A stretch of DNA of 63,948 nt, filler included, from Octopus bimaculoides (taxonomy: Eukaryota): assembly GCF_001194135.2 (NCBI RefSeq). It is 6 parts of 6 records of this genome, joined end to end, with 100 filler letters (N's around TTAATTAATTAA, not from the genome) between each part and the next. Parts side by side here need not be neighbours in the genome. Positions count along the whole stretch, not along the records: positions 54,306 to 62,190 come from NC_069005.1; positions 62,291 to 63,948 come from NC_068992.1; 4 more parts are not named here. One strand, written 5' to 3'. How positions within the stretch are numbered: the first letter of the stretch is position 1; each line of letters starts with the position of its first letter. Position numbers and translations under genes: made by a program. The notes beneath the pieces are model-generated. The model was not told the DNA's origin and did no database searches. It saw nothing but the letters and a program-made list of their open reading frames with translations. This document shows, piece by piece, positions 56,436 through 63,948 of the stretch.

Positions 56436-56700
56436 TGGACCATGGAACCATGGGATATCTGTTTTTGACCATGCTTGCCATTTTGTGGTAGGTGACTTTG
56501 CTGCTGGAACACGGCTGCATGCTTTCACTAGTTCTTCAATGTCATGGCCCATTGCTGGCCAAAACACATAACTTCTCATTAACGATTTCATTCTCAAAAT
56601 CCCTGGGTGATCAATGTGAAATTCCTTTCATAATCACTTCTGTAATGTGGCTGGCACTACAACTCTGTGCATACATTAAAGACATTGTCACAAATCGAGA
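56436..56700 (-). mobile_element. Ty3/gypsy integrase zinc-binding region, inverted relative to the RT fragment
   Basis: RVVVPATLQK..KEFHIDHPGILRMKSLMRSYVFWPAMGHDIEELVKAC. Confidence 0.85.
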
Positions 56701-56929
56701 ACAGGTTCGAATTTGTGTCCAACAGAATGCACATTTTCATCTCTTTTAGCCCTCAGCATTTTTTACATTTTAAAAATAAATTCATCATTTTCCACTTACT
56801 TTTATGTCTTGTAATCATCATCATCATCATCATCATCACTACACTACCTCTGGTATTCGAGTACTATTTTTTTTCTACTTTGTTTTGCATTTATGGGCTT
56901 ACTCTGGTGTAAATGTGTATATATATTAC

Positions 56930-57525
56930 ATTGGTAGGAAAGTTTTTGGACAAGTCATTGGAGCCGATCCAATGCAAACTGCATGTCAATTTGTGGTACA
57001 GTTTGGCGTCTCCCATGTCGCGATCATCAACCACCTGCATCGTCTCGGCAAGCTCAACAAGCTTGGAAAATGGGTGCCACATGAATTAACTGAAGTGAAC
57101 AAAAACAAGCACGTGTCACTGTATGTCAAAGTCTGCTCTGGCAAAGCCTAAGATTCGATTGGTTGGAGTTAGTAATCACTATAGATGAAAAGTGGGTCCT
57201 GTACTCCAACGCGAGGTGCAGACGATCCTGGTGTAGCAACGGTCAACAGCCAAAACCTTCGCCAAAAGGACCGCTTGTGCAAAAGAAGGTTAGGGTCTCA
57301 GTTTGGTGGGATTGCCATGGTGTGATCATAGTGGATCTTCTCCCACGCAATACCACCATTGACAAAGATGTCTACTGCGAACAAATCGACCGTGTAAAGA
57401 TCACACTGGCCAAAAAACGCTCAAATTTCAAAGAAGATAATTTACCACCAAGACAACACGCCAGCACATCGTGCAAAGAAGACGTCAGAGAAGCAGAAGG
57501 AGGCAGACTAGGAGATTATGGTGCA
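56930..57525 (+). mobile_element. Mariner (DD34D-type) transposase fragment
   Basis: LGKWVPHEL, ITIDEKWVLY, SVWWD..GVI, frameshifted HQDNTPAH; runs into a gap. Confidence 0.92.
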
Positions 57526-59639
57526 NNNNNNNNNNNNNNNNNNNNNNNNNNNNNNNNNNNNNNNNNNNNNNNNNNNNNNNNNNNNNNNNNNNNNNNNNNN
57601 NNNNNNNNNNNNNNNNNNNNNNNNNNNNNNNNNNNNNNNNNNNNNNNNNNNNNNNNNNNNNNNNNNNNNNNNNNNNNNNNNNNNNNNNNNNNNNNNNNNN
57701 NNNNNNNNNNNNNNNNNNNNNNNNNNNNNNNNNNNNNNNNNNNNNNNNNNNNNNNNNNNNNNNNNNNNNNNNNNNNNNNNNNNNNNNNNNNNNNNNNNNN
57801 NNNNNNNNNNNNNNNNNNNNNNNNNNNNNNNNNNNNNNNNNNNNNNNNNNNNNNNNNNNNNNNNNNNNNNNNNNNNNNNNNNNNNNNNNNNNNNNNNNNN
57901 NNNNNNNNNNNNNNNNNNNNNNNNNNNNNNNNNNNNNNNNNNNNNNNNNNNNNNNNNNNNNNNNNNNNNNNNNNNNNNNNNNNNNNNNNNNNNNNNNNNN
58001 NNNNNNNNNNNNNNNNNNNNNNNNNNNNNNNNNNNNNNNNNNNNNNNNNNNNNNNNNNNNNNNNNNNNNNNNNNNNNNNNNNNNNNNNNNNNNNNNNNNN
58101 NNNNNNNNNNNNNNNNNNNNNNNNNNNNNNNNNNNNNNNNNNNNNNNNNNNNNNNNNNNNNNNNNNNNNNNNNNNNNNNNNNNNNNNNNNNNNNNNNNNN
58201 NNNNNNNNNNNNNNNNNNNNNNNNNNNNNNNNNNNNNNNNNNNNNNNNNNNNNNNNNNNNNNNNNNNNNNNNNNNNNNNNNNNNNNNNNNNNNNNNNNNN
58301 NNNNNNNNNNNNNNNNNNNNNNNNNNNNNNNNNNNNNNNNNNNNNNNNNNNNNNNNNNNNNNNNNNNNNNNNNNNNNNNNNNNNNNNNNNNNNNNNNNNN
58401 NNNNNNNNNNNNNNNNNNNNNNNNNNNNNNNNNNNNNNNNNNNNNNNNNNNNNNNNNNNNNNNNNNNNNNTTAATGCCTTTTTAAATCTAATCTAAAATA
58501 AATCAAAAGAGAGCTCAATGATTTTAAGGGAATTCCATTAGATTAAAAATCATGTAACAAGTGAAAAAAATTACAAATTATTTATTTGATTGTTGTAAAT
58601 ATGTTTTTAATTTTTTTACTCCAAGCTTCGGGCTTCTCTGAGTTAAAGGGGCTCCCACCACCTGGAGCCTGTTGGTTCTGGTTCATATCGGCCTATACAT
58701 GAATCCAGTCCTGTATAGACGTAAACCATGAAGGCTTGACGTTAAGCAGTCAAAAGATAACTGGATATGTTTCAAACATTGTGAGCTTTATTCATTTTCG
58801 AAATGGGTGAAAAAAAAAAAAAAAAGCCGGAGTTTTAAAATATAAGTGAAACAGCAGTAATTGATTTAGCAACGACTTCATTCTTAACTACCAAGCTTTA
58901 GGCTTCTGTGAATTAAAAATGATCCCAATACTTGAAAGCCCCAGAGCCATGGACCTTATTAGTCCATGCATAGATCCTGGATGGTCATATCTTGAACGCC
59001 TTTGATCAAAGATTGGCTCAATGAGTCTGGCCTAGAGCTAAAACAACGAAATGTCAGATTTCCGGAAGTTAAAAATACAATAGAGTCACCTCCCCTTAAA
59101 AAAAACCTCGCGCGGATTAATTTGTGATTTGCATTTAATCGATGATTGATGTTTGGTTGATTAATTGCTGGCTTTAACAAGTCTTTTTAAATGAAAGGAG
59201 GGCAGCAAAGTGGTATTGATATGTCGAGGAAGCATTATGTGATACGATAAGTGTGTTTATGTAATATCACCGTGTTGTTTAGATGTACTTTTTTTAAAGT
59301 AAGGTGTAGACTAGATCTCCAATGGTTTTTGATAAACACAAACTAATTACTGATTTTATATTAATTAATTACTGAAATACTGACCAAAAAAACACACACA
59401 CATACGTGCCTGTCTATCTTTTTATCGTTGGATTATTTTTTAAGGGTGATATTAATCTGTTAGTAAACTTCACTATTTAAATTTGTGTCATTGTTAAGAT
59501 TTTAAAGAAACTTAATCTAATTAATTTGAATTAATTAATTAAATTTCACCAGATATTTCAGTAACTTTTGTTGGCTTGACAATTTATTTCGTCTTCTTCG
59601 TCAGACTGGGATAATATTGTAAACAACTTCAGCGAGTAA

Positions 59640-59764
59640 CCAATATTTGCAATTAAAACAGAATGTTCGTATGAAGACAGACGTCATAAGAACTAATTCT
59701 CTTCGCTACCTTTAAGCATTAATTTATTGGCGTTCGTTCGGTATTGGTCTACATATATTCCGCG
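59640..59764 (+). promoter_or_regulatory. Putative FANCM promoter: three CCAAT/ATTGG boxes and an E2F-like TTCCGCG
   Basis: CCAAT 59640-59644, ATTGG 59726-59730 and 59743-59747, TTCCGCG 59758-59764, in a locally CpG-richer stretch 300-400 bp upstream of the ATG. Short motifs only. Confidence 0.3.
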
Positions 59765-60053
59765 TGAGGAAACCACGTTATTCACCCTCTTCAACCTAGT
59801 CTCTTTTATGTCAAGAAGGAGAGTTGTTTGGATGAACGATGACGTGTACTAATACCGAAAGACTGCCAGTTTATTTGTGATTTATTTATAACTGGCTGGT
59901 TTTATTAGTTGTATTGTACGGGTTAGATATGTTTAAGACACTGAGATTTTCTTTTAAAACGTTGACACGGAGGAAGGAAGTTGTAAAATTAGTACAAGAC
60001 AGTACAAGGCTGGAAGTGGCTTCATATCGTAGCTAGGACTCGTCGTATTGAAC

Positions 60054-60268
60054 ATGTCGACGTATAAATTTACAGCAATGAAGAAGAAATCAAATAAAGT
60101 TAAGACGAAGGGTGGGGACGGAAGTGTCCAGCCGACATTATTCCAGACTTGGGGTGCGAAAAGTACCGTCTCGACATCGAGTTTCAGCAATGGTGTATCC
60201 ACCGTTGACGATATTACGATAGTCAGTGACGACGAAGACGAATTTTTGGTACAAGCGTTGGAATCTAG
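60054..60268 (+). CDS. FANCM: FANCM first coding exon (truncated by N gap)
   Basis: Translates MSTYKFTAMKKKSNKVKTKGGDGSVQPTLFQTWGAKS...SDDEDEFLVQALES. QxTLFQTWG plus a downstream acidic SDDD-x-LLV-A-ES segment match the FANCM N-terminus (human MSGRQRTLFQTWG...ESDDDVLLVAAYEAE). ATG at 60054 has A at -3; alternative ATG at 60078. Confidence 0.8.
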
Positions 60269-60997
60269 NNNNNNNNNNNNNNNNNNNNNNNNNNNNNNNN
60301 NNNNNNNNNNNNNNNNNNNNNNNNNNNNNNNNNNNNNNNNNNNNNNNNNNNNNNNNNNNNNNNNNNNNNNNNNNNNNNNNNNNNNNNNNNNNNNNNNNNN
60401 NNNNNNNNNNNNNNNNNNNNNNNNNNNNNNNNNNNNNNNNNNNNNNNNNNNNNNNNNNNNNNNNNNNNNNNNNNNNNNNNNNNNNNNNNNNNNNNNNNNN
60501 NNNNNNNNNNNNNNNNNNNNNNNNNNNNNNNNNNNNNNNNNNNNNNNNNNNNNNNNNNNNNNNNNNNNNNNNNNNNNNNNNNNNNNNNNNNNNNNNNNNN
60601 NNNNNNNNNNNNNNNNNNNNNNNNNNNNNNNNNNNNNNNNNNNNNNNNNNNNNNNNNNNNNNNNNNNNNNNNNNNNNNNNNNNNNNNNNNNNNNNNNNNN
60701 NNNNNNNNNNNNNNNNNNNNNNNNNNNNNNNNNNNNNAGGCGGTGCTCTAGCATAGCCACAGTCAAATTATTGAAGTAAGTAAAAGAATAAAAGAATAAC
60801 TAATGGCATTACAGACAGGATCTGAGTTTGGTGTTTACTGATCTCTACTGTGGTCGGGTCGACCACCTCAAAAACAAAGAAATTACAGACAGTGACGACC
60901 CATTTGTGGCACATTCAGTCCTGCCTCTCTGTAAACCTTTGATAAAAATAAATCTGTAATCTCTTATTGGCTGTCTTAGTAGCATTGTAGGCCCCAG

Positions 60998-61296
60998 GAT
61001 AGATCAGTGTACTGGGCCCTACAATATTTATTGACAGCTAAGCACAGCGTACATAGATCAGAATTGGTCCCCCATGCCCATGATGCTCCAAGGTAAATTA
61101 ATACACTGAGCCTTATGGTATTTATTTATTAACAAACCACATCATACACAAGTCTGAATTGGGTCTCTAGGCACATGAGGCTCTCAAACAAATCAATGCA
61201 CTGGGCCCTATAGTATTTATTGACAGCTAGCATCAACATACATAGATCAAAATTGGGCCCTTTTTCCCTGGGCAAATCAATGCCTTGGGCCCTGTG
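60998..61296. repeat. Degenerate minisatellite, unit about 94 bp, about 3.2 copies
   Basis: ATCAATGCACTGGGCCCTAYARTATTTATTGACAGCTA...CATAGATCARAATTGG recurs near 61004, 61098, 61192 and 61276. Confidence 0.7.
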
Positions 61297-61319
61297 CTTG
61301 AGAAGACACGTGAAACCAA

Positions 61320-61600
61320 GTGACGTCGTAATTGTGGCCAGTGCAGGTGATGCATAAAAAGGCACCCATGCCAGTGGCACTTACAGGGCACCTGTGCTGG
61401 TGACAGGTAAGATGCACCAGTGCTGGTGACATGTAAAGGGCATCCACTACACGTGGAGTGGTTGGTGCCAGGAAGGGCATCCAGCTGTAGAACCCAAGCC
61501 AAACCAGACTGGAGCCTGATACAGCTCTTTGGCTTAACAGTTCCAGTCAAACCGACTAACCCGTGTCACCAAGGAAAGCATATACTAAATGATGATAATG
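61320..61600 (+). mobile_element. Interspersed repeat with (GAT)n tail (probable RTE-type 3' end)
   Basis: GGAAGGGCATCCAGCTGTAG...TAAATGATGATAATGAT; a related reverse copy lies at about 51131-51310. Confidence 0.6.
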
Positions 61601-61977
61601 ATAGTAAGCCACAGCATACATAGATTAGAAGTGAGTCCCTGGAGCCCAATCAGTTGCTCCATATGCCCATCCCTGAAGACAACACTGTACTGAGGCTTTG
61701 TAGTATTCATTATACTCTCTTGTATCATGCTGTGATTTGTCCAGCGCTCCTTCACCTATCGAATTGTAGTCCTCCTCATGAGTCACACAGTTGCAGATAT
61801 GGCTGTGTGGTAAGAAGTTTGCTTCCCAGCCACTTAGTTCCAGTTTCAATCCCACTGTGTGGCATATTATGCAAGTGTCTTCTAAAGCCCTGGGTTAACC
61901 AAACCCTTGTGAGTGGATTTGGTTGACAGAAACTATGAAGCTTGTTGTGTGTGTGTCTATATATATATATATATATC

Positions 61978-62190
61978 GTAGATATGTACTGCATCCAGGA
62001 AGTAAGAACACAGGTACAAGATTTTCTGGGCAGGGAACACTGACGGGGTCGGGGGCGTAGGAATACTTCTAGCAGAGAAATGGGTGGATAAGGTAATCGA
62101 GGTCGTTAGAGTAAGTGACAGAGTACTTAAGATCAGACTAGTGCTTCATCATAGATTAGCCACTGTCATCTCAGCCTATGCACCTCAACC
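61978..62190 (+). mobile_element. RTE-clade LINE apurinic endonuclease fragment
   Basis: VDMYCIQEVR / RYKIFWAGNTDGVGGVGILLAEKWVDKVIEVVRVSDRV...VISAYAPQ. Confidence 0.9.
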
Positions 62191-62290
62191 NNNNNNNNNN
62201 NNNNNNNNNNNNNNNNNNNNNNNNNNNNNNNNNNTTAATTAATTAANNNNNNNNNNNNNNNNNNNNNNNNNNNNNNNNNNNNNNNNNNNN

Positions 62291-62521
62291 CCACTAGGGG
62301 CCAAACGAGGCACACTGTAATATCTTTATTACCCACTAGGGGCCAAACGAGGCAAACTGTAATCTATTACCCACTAGGCGCCAAACGAGGCAAACTAATC
62401 TCTTTATTACCCACTAGGGGCCAAACGAGGCAAACTGTAATCTCTTTATTACCCACTAGGGGCCAAACGAGGCAAACTAATCTCTTTATTACCCACTAGG
62501 GGCCAAACGAGGCAAACTGTA
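62291..62521. repeat. Minisatellite, 38-42 bp unit, about 5.7 copies (open at scaffold start)
   Basis: CCACTAGGGGCCAAACGAGGCAAACT(GT)AATCTCTTTATTAC repeated. Confidence 0.95.
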
Positions 62522-63008
62522 AGTAGAGTACATTTTCAATGTATTTACATCTTATCAAAAGTCACATTCAAATATTTTATGTAATTTATTCATATCCACA
62601 CAGAATATTGAGATATGCAAATTAGCAAACAAGCTGGCAACTGTAAGCATACTAACGACTATGTATTATATACGTGTGTATGTCAGTTTTGTATGCGTGT
62701 GTGAGTGTATATGCATGTGTATGTGAGTGTGTGGCAGGGTCAGCAGATGAAATAAACGCGCCTTATGAACAGGAATGGATAAACAATATCACTCGATTTG
62801 TTTCTAAAATACGTTTTACAAGTTTTATTGTAGTCTCTGTGTCTAATAAGTTATACAGCGATTCTAAAGATGTATTTAATAAAGGTTTACATATGAGTAT
62901 ATTTATAGCATATCAATGTGTGTGTGTGTGTGTGTGCATGCATACACATTGCATACACTATCTATACTCATTGAAGCGGGTGTATAGATAGACACAGATA
63001 TGCATACA

Positions 63009-63040
<32 letters not shown>

Positions 63041-63903
63041 TTGACAGATCATATATCAAGTGCATTTCAAATGAAATACAGCCACGAATGCTGATTGAAC
63101 AATTATTTTTCTTCACGCTCCAAAAGATGCTAAATCAATAATAATTTCATTGTCGGGACGAAGCCTTTTATCCTGATAATTGAATTTATCCTATCCTATC
63201 TTAGATTTGTCTTTAATTTTAAAAATGAATAGCCCTACGACCCAAAACCACCAAACTGTTATTCTATTCTTTGTTCCTAATCATATTTCTTTAAGTCGTT
63301 TTAAAGATTCTTCTATTGCGAAAACATTCGATTAATAGTTAGATGCAAGAACAACCAAACTGTATAATGATAATATCAAATTTATTTATGTGCAGTGATG
63401 TTCACTCCGTTATCTAATATACCAAAGATATAACTACAAGAGTTGTCTTTAACGAGTATATATTACTGGCGCCATTGTATGATTACAAACTGTATATTGA
63501 CTGAAGTATTTAAAGATGGCTGTTTTCGTGTTAGGCTATGTAATACTGTACTGACGACCGTGTGCGTGTTGGTATATTTTTATTTATACGTAGTAAAAAT
63601 AACAGAGTGACTATCTTAATTACAAGAACGAGACGCTTCGCCGTCCGATCACCTCCTATTCAGTCCTCTAATTTCCGCCATTGCTATAGATCTTAGATAC
63701 CCCCCTACTCACACATGAAATCCCGTTGTCTTCAGTAATATCTGAACTAACGAATTCATTCTACGACCAGCAACGGTCGTAGAATCATGATGGTGTGTAT
63801 ACCGCTGATTTTTTAAGGTTTCTAAATGTGTTCCATGCATTTTCATTGTGAAAACTTTTTTAATAATATAGATATGTGTGTAAACACACATGTGTGCGTG
63901 TGC

Positions 63904-63948
<45 letters not shown>

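Noticed and set aside
59587-59604. CTGACGA...GAAA hammerhead-like motif on the minus strand
   Set aside because: Stem II and stem I cannot pair.
54306-62190. Functional linkage of FANCM to features outside its scaffold
   Set aside because: Linker spacers show that neighbouring segments are unrelated scaffolds.
62291-62521. CRISPR-like regular repeats
   Set aside because: No unique spacers; a plain eukaryotic tandem repeat.

Overview
AT-rich animal genomic DNA, full of microsatellites and N gaps. The tRNA-headed SINE families suggest an octopus/cephalopod draft assembly (inference). Five N44-TTAATTAATTAA-N44 spacers (28241, 40681, 47554, 54250, 62235) show six unrelated scaffolds joined artificially, so adjacency across them means nothing. 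Almost every ORF in the track is a microsatellite or N artefact. The only host gene I recognise is FANCM exon 1 (60054-60268, +), which runs into a gap. The rest is mobile DNA: about 25 SINE copies, three R4/Dong RLE-LINE fragments, an RTE endonuclease fragment, two LINE ORF1-like 5' ends inside SINE heads, two Penelope-like pLTRs with minimal hammerhead ribozymes, a decayed hAT transposase, two mariner fragments, two TA-flanked MITEs, a rearranged Ty3/gypsy pol and a probable 165-bp solo LTR. Best leads: a U6 snRNA segment at the 3' end of an ORF1-bearing element (possible U6-targeting LINE), the covarying hammerhead pair, and stacked insertions in one (TAA)n array. Repeat boundaries are by eye and approximate unless TSDs or TIRs are quoted.
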